From assembly GCA_029938605.1 (NCBI GenBank), contig JAOZUO010000003.1:26592-90591 (forward strand): DNA of 64,000 nucleotides, in the 5' to 3' direction. Positions 47,843 to 57,051 of the stretch are shown one piece after another. This DNA comes from Deltaproteobacteria bacterium. Lineage in GTDB: Bacteria; Myxococcota_A; Polyangia; HGW-17; JAJRWW01. Each line of letters begins with the position of its first letter. Within the stretch, counting starts at the first letter, position 1. The position numbers and the translations under genes are program-made. The notes under the pieces were generated by a model. The model searched no databases, was not told the origin of the DNA, and was given only the letters and a program-made list of their open reading frames with translations.

Positions 47843-49780
47843 CTAACCCTGGGTCCCTGTCCGGATGTCGATCGCATCGAACTTGCAGGACTGATAGCAG
47901 ATCCTGCACTTCGTACATTTGTCTTGGTCGATCTTGTAGGTGTCGCCCTTCTTTTTCTCGCCGCTGATGGCATCGTAGGGGCAGTTGAGTGCACAAAGAT
48001 TGCAGCCGTTGCACTCGGCAGTGATGTGGAAGGAGATGAGCGGCTTGCACACGCGCCCGATACACTCGCCCCGTTCGATGTGTCCCTCGTACTCTTCACG
48101 GTAGTACTTGAGCGTCGACAGGACCGGGTTGGCCGCCGTCTGTCCGAGGGCGCAGAGCGACCCATCCATAACCACCTTGGCCAACGACTCGAGCTTCTCA
48201 ATGTGCTTCTGGGTTCCGCGCCCTTCGCAGATGTCGTTGGTGAGCTCCCACATGCGCTTGAGTCCCTCGCGGCAGGTGGTGCACTTGCCGCAGGACTCGT
48301 CGCGGAGGAAGTTCAAGAAGTACCGGGCAAAGTCCACCATGCAGGTGTCTTCGTCCATGACGATCATGCCGCCCGAGCCCATCATGGACCCGGCCTTGGT
48401 CAGCTCGTCAAAGTCCACGGGCTGGTCCAGGAACTTCTCGGGCAGACAGCCGCCGGAGGGACCGCCGGTCTGCACGCCCTTGAACTTCTTACCGTCGCGA
48501 ATGCCCCCGCCGATGTCGAAGATGATCTGGCGCAGGGTCGCGCCCATGGGCACCTCCACCAGGCCGGTGTTGTTGACCTTGCCCACCAGGGAGAAGATCT
48601 TGGTGCCCTTGGAGCCGCCCCAGGGGTTCTTGGACACGTCGCCGGTGCCGATTCCGGTGAACCAGTCGACACCCTTGTTGATGATAAGAGGCACGTTGGC
48701 CCAGGTCTCGACGTTGTTCAGGTTCGAAGGCTGATCGTACAGTCCCTGCTCCACCGTATGGATGTGCTTGGCCCGGGGCTCGCCCACATACCCCTCGAGG
48801 GAGGCCATGAGCGCCGTGGACTCGCCGCACACAAAAGCACCACCGCCCCGCACGACCTTGATGTCGAAGCTGAAGTCCGAGCCCAGAATGGACTTGCCCA
48901 GCAGCCCCATGGCCCGCGCCTGCTCCAAGGCGGTAGTCAGGTTGCTCACCGCCAGGGGATACTCGTTACGAACGTAGACGTAGCCCTGGCTTGAGCCGAT
49001 GGCGAAGGCACCAATGATCATGCCCTCGATGATGAGGTGCGGATTGCCCTCGAGCAGCGACCGGTCCATGTAGGCGCCGGGATCGCCCTCATCAGCGTTG
49101 CAAATGACGTAACGCTGCTCGCCCGGGGCGTCCTTGCAGGTGCGCCACTTCACGCCGGTGGGGAATCCACCACCGCCACGACCCCGCAGGCCGCTTTTCG
49201 TGATCTGGTCGATGACCTCATCGCCCTTCATCTCGCCAAGCACCTTGACCAGGGCGCTGTAACCGTCGCGAGCGATGTAGTCGTCGATCTTGCGGGGATC
49301 GAGCATCCGCCCGCCATGCATCAGCTCCTGCTGCTGGTGCTTGTAGAAAGGAATGTCGTTCTCTTTGGTGCATTTCTTGCCGCTGACCGGATCTACGAAG
49401 AGCAGCTCTTCGATGACTTCGCCCTTGGCGAGGGTCTTGGCGACGATGTCCGCGGCGTTCTCCGACTTGACCTTCTGGTAGAGGATCTCCTCGGGGTAGA
49501 TGACCATGAGCGCACCGCGCTCACAGAAGCCGTGGCAACCCGTGGCCACGATCTCCACCTTCTCTTCCAGACCGGCCTTGCAGACCTCGTCGCGGAGGGC
49601 CTCGGCGAGGCTATCGCATTTATAGGCCTTGCAGCCGGTGCCAGTGCACACCGAGACAATCTTACGATCAGGGTTCTTGTCGCCCTGCAGCTTGGCGCGG
49701 TACTCGGCGAGATCTCCCCCGGAGTTCAGCAGCTTGAGCTTGGAAAGGTCGATGGACGTATGTTCCGGAGAGCAGCTCAT
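47843..49780 (-). CDS. NuoF/HndC-like NAD(P)H-binding flavoprotein subunit with a fused N-terminal thioredoxin-like 2Fe-2S domain and C-terminal 2x4Fe-4S
   Basis: GRGGGGFPTGVKW (FMN/NADH site), SCGKCTTCREG (N3 cluster), C-terminal CNGCNLCALNCP...CTKCRICYQSC. Confidence 0.8.
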   Translation of the reverse strand: MSCSPEHTSIDLSKLKLLNSGGDLAEYRAKLQGDKNPDRKIVSVCTGTGCKAYKCDSLAEALRDEVCKAGLEEKVEIVATGCHGFCERGALMVIYPEEILYQKVKSENAADIVAKTLAKGEVIEELLFVDPVSGKKCTKENDIPFYKHQQQELMHGGRMLDPRKIDDYIARDGYSALVKVLGEMKGDEVIDQITKSGLRGRGGGGFPTGVKWRTCKDAPGEQRYVICNADEGDPGAYMDRSLLEGNPHLIIEGMIIGAFAIGSSQGYVYVRNEYPLAVSNLTTALEQARAMGLLGKSILGSDFSFDIKVVRGGGAFVCGESTALMASLEGYVGEPRAKHIHTVEQGLYDQPSNLNNVETWANVPLIINKGVDWFTGIGTGDVSKNPWGGSKGTKIFSLVGKVNNTGLVEVPMGATLRQIIFDIGGGIRDGKKFKGVQTGGPSGGCLPEKFLDQPVDFDELTKAGSMMGSGGMIVMDEDTCMVDFARYFLNFLRDESCGKCTTCREGLKRMWELTNDICEGRGTQKHIEKLESLAKVVMDGSLCALGQTAANPVLSTLKYYREEYEGHIERGECIGRVCKPLISFHITAECNGCNLCALNCPYDAISGEKKKGDTYKIDQDKCTKCRICYQSCKFDAIDIRTGTQG

Positions 49781-50253
49781 GCGGCACCTTCCTTCGCGTC
49801 GGCCTTACGGACTTTTTTGACGAGCCGCGAGACCTGGGCAGACTTCTGGTTGCCGTGGTACTCGCCGTCGACGATGACCAGCGGCCCCAGGGCGCAGGCG
49901 CCCACGCAGTTGACCGTCTCGAGGGTAAACTGCATGTCCTCGGTGGTGCCGCCGGCCTTCACCTCGAGAATGCGCTCGAACTCCTCGACCAGCATGGGCG
50001 CGCCCCGCACGTGGCAGGCGGTGCCCATGCACACAGTGCAGATGTGCTTGCCCCGCTCCTCCAGGGAGAAGGCGGAAAAGAAGGTCGCCATGTAGTTGAT
50101 ACGGCTGCGCGACACCCCCATCACCTCGGACACTCGCTCGAGAGCCGGACGCGGCAGGTAGTTGTACTCAGCCTGGATATCCATCAGGACCGCTAGCAGC
50201 TCGGCCTCTTCGGCACCGTAGCGGTCTATGATCTTGTCCACTGTTCTTTGCAT
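49777..50253 (-). CDS. NuoE/HndA-like 2Fe-2S thioredoxin-like ferredoxin subunit
   Basis: HICTVCMGTACHVRGA...VNCVGACALGP. 158 aa. Confidence 0.8.
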   Translation of the reverse strand: MQRTVDKIIDRYGAEEAELLAVLMDIQAEYNYLPRPALERVSEVMGVSRSRINYMATFFSAFSLEERGKHICTVCMGTACHVRGAPMLVEEFERILEVKAGGTTEDMQFTLETVNCVGACALGPLVIVDGEYHGNQKSAQVSRLVKKVRKADAKEGAA

Positions 50254-50347
50254 CGGTGGTCCCTTTGCTTCGTTCGATCCGCGCCTCTATGAAATCCCCG
50301 GCGCACGCGGAAGAGGCAGTCCGCTCGCACGTCGTGTGACCGGACTC

Positions 50348-50845
50348 CTACAGATTACGCCAGGGGCGGTACTGTTTGGGTGCCTCATCCTCCACCACCT
50401 GCGAGAACTCAAGGGCGCCCGTGGGGCACGCCTCGGCGCAGGCGGGGATCCGGTCCTCCCGGAGCCGGTGCACGCACAGATCACACTTGGTGATCTGCTC
50501 GCCCTGCAGGTGCGCCTCGGGCACACCGTAGGGACAGGCGAGCACGCAGGAGCGACAGCCGATGCACAGCTCGTCGTCCACGATCACCGGGCCACCGAGG
50601 CCCAGCTTCTGCATGGCGCCCGTGGGACACACCGTCACGCATGCCGCAGCTTCACAATGGCGGCACTCCGTAGGTACGCAGGCCCCCTCCACCTCGTGGA
50701 GCTTCACCCGCGGTCGTGGGGGCGGAACCTCATAGATGGCTTCGAAAAGCGATTTGCTCTTGGAGTGCTCGAGCGCGCAAGCCTGCACACAGCGGCTACA
50801 GGCGACGCAAATATCGGAGTTTACCTTGACCAGACCAGTAAGCAT
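50348..50845 (-). CDS. cooF: CooF-like 4x[4Fe-4S] ferredoxin
   Basis: Four CxxCxxCxxxCP-type motifs in 165 aa. Confidence 0.65.
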   Translation of the reverse strand: MLTGLVKVNSDICVACSRCVQACALEHSKSKSLFEAIYEVPPPRPRVKLHEVEGACVPTECRHCEAAACVTVCPTGAMQKLGLGGPVIVDDELCIGCRSCVLACPYGVPEAHLQGEQITKCDLCVHRLREDRIPACAEACPTGALEFSQVVEDEAPKQYRPWRNL

Positions 50846-50869
50846 CGTAGATGCCTCCGTTCGCAGTAG

Positions 50870-51817
50870 CTATTTGGCGGGCAGAGTTTCGATCATCTCG
50901 CGGATGAGCTTCACCGCCTCGGGGTGCCGCATCACGAGCACGTCGGCGCCCGCCAGCAGCAGCGAGGTGGCGGTCACCGCCTCCATGACAATACCGCGTT
51001 GCTCCGCATCACCCATGGTGGGCGCTTCCTCTTCAGTCAGAGCGGCCTCTTTGACCTTCCACACCTCCTTGCCGAGGTTGCAATACAGGGGGTACTGCAG
51101 CTTCGCGTCCTGCTGGGTCAAGGCCGCCTGCCGGCAGCGCTCGATGACCGTATAGGAGTATTCGAGGCCGTAGCCGAGCCCGCCCGTGGTGGGATCGATG
51201 AGCACCGAATCCACCGGCACGCCCAGATTCTCGGTGAGGATGTTGAGCTGCTTGGCGAGGTTGATGTCGATGGGCGACGAATTGATGGCCACGTGACCGT
51301 CGCTAATGACCGACGCGCCGATCTGCTTGTAGTTGGTGTCCTGAAGCGGACCGATACCCGCCCGACGCCCGCGCAGCGCGTCGGACACGGCGCGAAGCAC
51401 TTCGGTGTCCTTCTCGACGTTGGCTGTACCCCACGCTACGATGGGCACCTTCACGGCGTCCGCCACGGCCTTGGCCACGGTGGCGGCGTGAGCGGCGTCC
51501 TTGTCGGCGCCATTGGGGTCGGTGCCGGAGAAGTCAATGTGGATGATATCCGCGCCGAACTCCTCCACGCACTTCTTGGCCCAGGCCGCCGGGTCACCCC
51601 AAACGTCCTCATACTGCTTTTTAAGCGCCGCCGGCCAGTGGTCGGGAGCCACATCGGGCACCTCAAAGGCGATGATGGGCCGGTGCGGCGCATCCCCCTC
51701 GAAGTCATGGAACGCATAGGCGCTGGCGCCGCCCATGGTCACGGCGTTGTCGTCGGCGCCCAACGTGATTTCGTTGATGGCGCCGGAGTAGGTAACTTTC
51801 GGAATCTGGGTGGCCAT
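50870..51817 (-). CDS. acsD: corrinoid iron-sulfur protein small subunit (AcsD/CdhD)
   Basis: TIM-barrel AcsD similarity throughout. Start at the ATG 51817 preceded by the strong SD ggaggagag; the track ORF extends to 51871. Confidence 0.8.
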   Translation of the reverse strand: MATQIPKVTYSGAINEITLGADDNAVTMGGASAYAFHDFEGDAPHRPIIAFEVPDVAPDHWPAALKKQYEDVWGDPAAWAKKCVEEFGADIIHIDFSGTDPNGADKDAAHAATVAKAVADAVKVPIVAWGTANVEKDTEVLRAVSDALRGRRAGIGPLQDTNYKQIGASVISDGHVAINSSPIDINLAKQLNILTENLGVPVDSVLIDPTTGGLGYGLEYSYTVIERCRQAALTQQDAKLQYPLYCNLGKEVWKVKEAALTEEEAPTMGDAEQRGIVMEAVTATSLLLAGADVLVMRHPEAVKLIREMIETLPAK

Positions 51818-51822
51818 GCTGG

Positions 51823-51831
51823 CTCTCCTCC
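51823..51831 (-). promoter_or_regulatory. Shine-Dalgarno sequence for acsD
   Basis: Minus-strand GGAGGAGAG, 5 nt upstream of the ATG at 51817. Confidence 0.45.
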
Positions 51832-51888
51832 CGTAAATGGCGTACGTCGGCCCCGGGGGCCGGAGATCCACCTGGAATCAAATTCGTC

Positions 51889-52101
51889 CTAGGCGGGCGT
51901 CTTGCGCTTCTCGCTGCCGTACCCCTCTTCGGCGTACCAGTAACGCTCACCGGTCTCGAGGTACTTGAGCATCTCCTCGCGGTTTGCCATATGCTCTCGC
52001 CACAGGCCCTTGCTCTCGGGTTTGCCGGCTTCGTAGTCGGGCCCAATGACCTCGACGTCGGCTCCGGTGTGGGACTTTTTCTTGATCAGATCAGAGGACA
52101 T
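51889..52101 (-). CDS. small hypothetical protein (70 aa) between cooC and acsD
   Basis: ORF with moderate, non-repetitive composition (…WREHMANREEMLKYLETGERYWYAEEGYG…) in a tight operon gap. Could be a spurious GC-frame ORF. Confidence 0.3.
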   Translation of the reverse strand: MSSDLIKKKSHTGADVEVIGPDYEAGKPESKGLWREHMANREEMLKYLETGERYWYAEEGYGSEKRKTPA

Positions 52102-52258
52102 GGTTCGTCTCCTGCGTGCAGTGTCTTTTTTCGGTTTCTATGCCGACACATTTGCAAAAAAAAACATTTTATAAAAGCCCAAAGATGGCTGTTTCTCAAT
52201 GCATACGATGTTTTTTTTCGTATGCATGAGCCAGGCTTAGTTAATACCCGCAAACCCA

Positions 52259-53047
52259 TCAAGTTGCAGTATTTAGAAAATTCAACACCTTTTGTGCCGC
52301 CACGGCAGCGGGTGAGGAGGCCTGAAGGTCAAGCAACGACTTCTGAGCCAGATCCGCGGCGGTAACATCGGAATCCATTGGAACTACAGTGAAAATGTCT
52401 ATACCTAGCTTCTTCGCCTCCGCCAGAACCGCTTCGTTGAGTCCCTTTTCGGGGTCGGTTAGCGAGCCCTCACCAACTATTTGGTTCACCAAAACGAGCT
52501 GCTGAAGAACTTCGATCCCCATTTCCTCCACCAGCCCAATGACGCGATGCGCCGACCGAATGCCCCGTACAGAGTGATCGGACATGATCACCATGAGATC
52601 TACATGGGCCGCCGTACGCCGGCTCAGGTGCTCCAAACCGGCCTCGTTGTCCACCACTACGTACTTGTAATTTTCGGACAGGGTCTCCACCGCGCCCCGC
52701 AGCAGATTGTTCACATAGCAGTAGCAACCGGCACCCTCGGGGCGACCCATGACGAGTAGATCCATCCCCTCGTCCTCTACGATGATTTCGTTGAGCTTGT
52801 ACTCGAAGAACTGCCCCTTGGTCATACCCGCCGGAAGGGTGCCCGAGGCCGCGCCAAACTCTTCCCGAACCATGCCGATGGTCTTGGGTGCCTCGAGCCC
52901 GAGGGCCTCGGAGAGGGTGGCGTTGGGATCGGCGTCCACGGCGAGCACCGGGGCCTGACCGCTTTCGATCAGACCTCGGATGATCATCGCCGCAAAGGTG
53001 GTCTTGCCGGTGCCGCCCTTGCCGGCCATTGCAATCAGCTTCGCCAT
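52259..53047 (-). CDS. cooC: second CooC/AcsF-family nickel-insertion ATPase
   Basis: MAKLIAMAGKGGTGKTT deviant Walker A. MinD-like. Paralog of 38963-39733. Confidence 0.8.
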   Translation of the reverse strand: MAKLIAMAGKGGTGKTTFAAMIIRGLIESGQAPVLAVDADPNATLSEALGLEAPKTIGMVREEFGAASGTLPAGMTKGQFFEYKLNEIIVEDEGMDLLVMGRPEGAGCYCYVNNLLRGAVETLSENYKYVVVDNEAGLEHLSRRTAAHVDLMVIMSDHSVRGIRSAHRVIGLVEEMGIEVLQQLVLVNQIVGEGSLTDPEKGLNEAVLAEAKKLGIDIFTVVPMDSDVTAADLAQKSLLDLQASSPAAVAAQKVLNFLNTAT

Positions 53048-53171
53048 GGTGCTCCCTTATATTGGTACTGGGTTGTGGATGAGAGGGACAAGCAGTGGAG
53101 CTCGTCGGAAAGTAGGGTTTCGCGCAGTTCGTCGGGCATTGTGTAAATGCCCTATGGCCTCTGGGCCACTG

Positions 53172-54059
53172 CTAGTCAATGTTGTGATGCATTTTAGAAG
53201 CTTTGACGGTGTTGACCATGAGCATGGTGATGGTCATGGGGCCCACGCCGCCGGGAACGGGCGTGATGGCCGACGCCACCTCGACGGCCTCGTCGAAGTC
53301 CACATCGCCGGCCAGCTTGGCCTTACCACTATCCGTGGTGCCAATACGGTTCACGCCCACGTCGATGACCACAGCGCCCGGCTTGATCCAATCGCCCTTG
53401 ACGTACTTGGGCACGCCGGCGGCCACAATGAGGATGTCGGCCTTTTTGCAATGGGAGGGCACGTCCTTGGTGCGGGTGTGCACCAGGGTCACCGTGGCGT
53501 TGGCCCCCTCGGACTTCTGCAACAGGATGTTGGCGATGGGCTTGCCCACGATGTTGGAGCGACCCACCACGCAGACCTCCGCGCCCGACGTCTCGACGCC
53601 CGAACGGATGAGGATCTGCTGGATGCCCGCCGGGGTGCACGGCAGGAAGTCAGCCTCGCCCACGACCATCTTGCCCACATTCACCGGATGGAACCCGTCA
53701 ACGTCCTTGGCCGGATCGATGGCCATGAGGATCTTGGACTCGTCCACGTGCTTGGGCAGGGGGAGCTGCACCAGGATACCGTCGATCTTGGGATCGTTGT
53801 TCAACCGGTCGATGAGCTGGAGCAGGTCGGCCTCGGTGGTCTCCGCGTCAAGGTTGATCTGCTCGGAGTGCATGCCCAACTTCTTGGACGTGCGGTTCTT
53901 GCTCTTCACATAGGACTGCGAGGCGGGGTTCTCGCCCACCAGCACCGTGGCCAAGCCCGGCACCACGTCGTGCTTGGCCTTGAGCTCGGCGATCTCCTCC
54001 GTGAGCTCGGCCCGAATCTGCTTCGCAATGTCTTTTCCTGACAGGATCTTCGCGCTCAT
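53172..54059 (-). CDS. folD: bifunctional methylene-THF dehydrogenase / methenyl-THF cyclohydrolase
   Basis: AKILSGKDIAKQIRAEL...PGLATVLVGENPASQSYVKSK...DGILVQLPLP. Start at the ATG 54059; the track ORF extends to 54134. Confidence 0.85.
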   Translation of the reverse strand: MSAKILSGKDIAKQIRAELTEEIAELKAKHDVVPGLATVLVGENPASQSYVKSKNRTSKKLGMHSEQINLDAETTEADLLQLIDRLNNDPKIDGILVQLPLPKHVDESKILMAIDPAKDVDGFHPVNVGKMVVGEADFLPCTPAGIQQILIRSGVETSGAEVCVVGRSNIVGKPIANILLQKSEGANATVTLVHTRTKDVPSHCKKADILIVAAGVPKYVKGDWIKPGAVVIDVGVNRIGTTDSGKAKLAGDVDFDEAVEVASAITPVPGGVGPMTITMLMVNTVKASKMHHNID

Positions 54060-54375
54060 CCGGTTTCTCCTTGAAAACGTGTTGTCCCGACGATTCCGGC
54101 GGGAAGATATCAATGACTGGGTCACTTGAATCACACGGCCATGGCAATGTCAACGGCGCAACCATGGCAACGGCGGCGGCTCAATTACGCCGGTGGATCC
54201 GGTGGTCTGGCGCCGGGGGATCCAAAGCCTTTTAGCCAAGCAGATCCTGTCACGGATCCCGGCACGGAGATCCTACTACTTCTCCGGTAGTCACCATTGG
54301 CAATCACTCTTGGCCCCCTTGGCACCCCTATCGATCACCCTTGACATCTGTTCAGTCCCTGCTAGGCTCGAATGT

Positions 54376-55488
54376 ATGGCGAGAGCTGAGCCAAATATCA
54401 TTCCAGAGGGTCTGCGGCCCCTCGAAGGGCGCTGTGGCGACCTCTGGGATCTGAACCTGTTTCGGGAGTGCGGCTGCGGCTGTCTCACCTGCTCCGGTGA
54501 CACGAAGGACAGCCCCGACAAAGCTGCGCCCCAGGCGAGCTTCTACGACTACACCCGCTCTCGGAACATGCTCGGCACCCCGGACGGGCTAGGCCTCAAT
54601 CGGCATCTGCCTCAGCAGCTGCAAGCGTGGATCCGTTCCCTTGGAGAGGACCGGCCGAGCTTCGTTACCCTGGGCTATTCCGTCGAGCCCTTGCCCGGGT
54701 TCCCCGAGGCCGAAGAGATCCTGGACCAGTGCCTGCGGGTGATCTTTGGGGCGTCCATCGGGGTTTCGTTGCAGACGCGACGCCTGGTGCCCGAACGGAT
54801 CCTGGACACCCTGGGCGACCACGCCCCCCTGGCACGGGTTTCCCTCCCTCTACCCACCCTGTCTGACGCTGAGCTGAAACTCTGGGAACCGGGCACGGCC
54901 CTGGCGAATCAACGACTGTGGAACGCGCAGCAGCTACGGTTGCGGCGGGTGGAGGTGACTCTCTCCATCCAGGCGCTCATCCCCTACGTCAATGATGATC
55001 GTGCCCATCTGGCCCCCCTGGTGGGCGCGGCGGCCGACGTGGGGGTGGCGCGCCTGACCGCGGAGTTCATGCGACTCACCCCCACCGTACGCGCGCGCCT
55101 GGAGGCTCGATCCCCGGTGTCCACCCAGCTCATCTTCGGCGCCTATGTACGGCGGGAGCTGGACCACAGACAGGATTGGAGCCTCCCAAACCTGAACCGG
55201 CGCCGGACCGTGTATCGCCTCCTGGCGAACCTGGCCGCCAAACGCCGGCTGCGGTTCTCCCTGTGTCGCTGCGCAGACCCTCTGTTGGGCCGTCATTCCT
55301 GCGCGCTGTGGCCTGGCGACACCCCTGGGCCGGCCCCAAGGCCAGAGACCAAGATGGAAATCAAGATGGAAACCGAGCCAGGATCCCAGCCGGAGCCCAC
55401 GCGACAGTCGCGTGCACGCACCCATCGTCGCCCCATGCGAGCAGCGTCCCAGGTAGGTTTTTCCGAATTCTTCGACAGCAAGCAATAG
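54376..55488 (+). CDS. possible radical SAM domain protein (SplB/photolyase-like), uncertain
   Basis: A CX3CX2C arrangement (C-GCG-C-LT-C) near the N-terminus. Start taken at MARAEP (54376) within track ORF 54193-55488. Confidence 0.35.
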   Translation: MARAEPNIIPEGLRPLEGRCGDLWDLNLFRECGCGCLTCSGDTKDSPDKAAPQASFYDYTRSRNMLGTPDGLGLNRHLPQQLQAWIRSLGEDRPSFVTLGYSVEPLPGFPEAEEILDQCLRVIFGASIGVSLQTRRLVPERILDTLGDHAPLARVSLPLPTLSDAELKLWEPGTALANQRLWNAQQLRLRRVEVTLSIQALIPYVNDDRAHLAPLVGAAADVGVARLTAEFMRLTPTVRARLEARSPVSTQLIFGAYVRRELDHRQDWSLPNLNRRRTVYRLLANLAAKRRLRFSLCRCADPLLGRHSCALWPGDTPGPAPRPETKMEIKMETEPGSQPEPTRQSRARTHRRPMRAASQVGFSEFFDSKQ

Positions 55489-55546
55489 ACAGCGGCCTCC
55501 TCTTTCGTCATAACGGAGCGGGACCGACGCTTCGGACGTCGCCTAG

Positions 55547-55706
55547 TTCCCACCCCAGAAGTGGGTTCGAAGCGAAAACGTGCCAGGTGCGTCGGTTGTG
55601 CATTACCAGATCTTGTGGTTGTACCGGGTGTACTACCCCAGATCTGGTGGTGTGCAGACGGCGTGCCTGGTGCGCTTGCAGCCGAAGTCCACTTCTGGGG
55701 TGGGAA
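55547..55706. repeat. 160-bp imperfect palindromic element (third family) immediately upstream of pcnB
   Basis: Perfect 17-bp termini tcccaccccagaagtgg / ccacttctggggtggga. The arms are ~65% self-complementary. Inner palindrome ccagatct...agatctgg. Confidence 0.65.
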
Positions 55707-55716
55707 CTGTTTACCA

Positions 55717-57051
55717 ATGTCCACACTGTCTATTGAAATCGAACCGGAAAAAATCGACGCCGACGCCGACAAGGTAGTACGGCGTCTCCAGCGGCACGGT
55801 TACGAGGCCTACCTGGTGGGTGGCTGCGTGCGGGACCTGCTGCTCGGCTGCTCGCCCAAGGACTTCGACGTCGCCACCTCGGCTACCCCCAACGAGGTTC
55901 GCGGGCTCTTTCGGAACTCGCGCGTCATCGGTCGCCGCTTCCGACTGGTGCACATCTTCTTCGGGCCCAAAATCATCGAAACGGCCACCTTCCGGCAAAA
56001 CCCGCGGCCCGAGACCGACAGCGCAAACACCGACGCCGACAAGGACACCAGCACCAACACCGACGCCGACGACGACGCGCTGCTCATTCGCCGGGACAAC
56101 GTCTGGGGCACGGCGCAGGACGACGCCCTCCGCCGGGACTTCACCCTCAACGGCCTGTTCTACGATCCTGTAAAATGCGAGGTCATTGACTTCGTCGAAG
56201 GCTTGGGCGACCTGGCGAACCGCTCCATCGCCACCATCGGGGCTCCGGACATCCGCTTCCTGGAGGACCCGGTGCGTATCCTGCGAGCCATCAAGTTCGC
56301 CGCCCGCCTGGACCTGTCCATAGAGCCACGCACCTTGGAGGCCCTCAAGGAGCACGTGGACCGGATCATGGCCTGCGCCCATGCGCGGGTCCTCGAAGAG
56401 ATCTATCGACTCCTGCGAGAAGGCGCCTCGGCGCAGGCGATGACGCTGCTGGAAGAGACGGGCGTCCGCGCAGTGCTGTTCCCCGAGCTCGACTGTGTGG
56501 CCGCGGACCCCGACCGATGGGATCGGCTGATGACCCGCCTGACGGCGCTGGACACACTGGCCAAAGAGACCTCGCTCACCCGACCGCTCTCCAACCCCGT
56601 GCTCATCGGAGCGCTGTACTTCGATACGATCCTCGATAGCCGACGACTCTTCGGCCCCGGGGTGGACGGGCCCACCGAGCTGGTGGAGGGGCTGCGGTCC
56701 GTGCTGTCCGAGTGGGTTCCCTCCCGCAGGGACCGGGACCGAACGCGGCAGATCCTCATGGCCCAGCGGCGCCTGCGGCCCAGCGAAAGCCACAGCAACG
56801 GCGACAGCAGCAAAAAGAAACGTAGCCGCCGCCGCCCCATGGCGCTGGCATCCCAGGAGTACTTCCACGAGGCCCTCACGCTGCATCGGCTCCTGTGCCA
56901 GACCGGCGAGGCGGACTCGTCAACCCTGGACAAGTGGATGACCCTGGCGGAGTCCATCCCACCCCCCACCTCCGAAAGAGGCCAACGCCGACGCGGCCGC
57001 CAGTCCCACCGAAGGCGAAGACCCCGACACCGCGGCGGCAAGGACAGGTAG
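55717..57051 (+). CDS. pcnB: poly(A) polymerase I / tRNA nucleotidyltransferase family
   Basis: Pol-beta NTase head (YLVGGCVRDLLLG...KDFDVAT), Arg-rich C-terminal tail typical of PcnB. Confidence 0.75.
   Translation: MSTLSIEIEPEKIDADADKVVRRLQRHGYEAYLVGGCVRDLLLGCSPKDFDVATSATPNEVRGLFRNSRVIGRRFRLVHIFFGPKIIETATFRQNPRPETDSANTDADKDTSTNTDADDDALLIRRDNVWGTAQDDALRRDFTLNGLFYDPVKCEVIDFVEGLGDLANRSIATIGAPDIRFLEDPVRILRAIKFAARLDLSIEPRTLEALKEHVDRIMACAHARVLEEIYRLLREGASAQAMTLLEETGVRAVLFPELDCVAADPDRWDRLMTRLTALDTLAKETSLTRPLSNPVLIGALYFDTILDSRRLFGPGVDGPTELVEGLRSVLSEWVPSRRDRDRTRQILMAQRRLRPSESHSNGDSSKKKRSRRRPMALASQEYFHEALTLHRLLCQTGEADSSTLDKWMTLAESIPPPTSERGQRRRGRQSHRRRRPRHRGGKDR

Noticed and set aside
47803-48201. 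5' extension of track ORF 47038-48201
   Set aside because: It overlaps the 3' end of the NuoF-like gene by 359 bp. The ferredoxin-like homology starts at MIDIVIDGK, the ATG at 47802, and the extension is Arg/Ser-rich junk.
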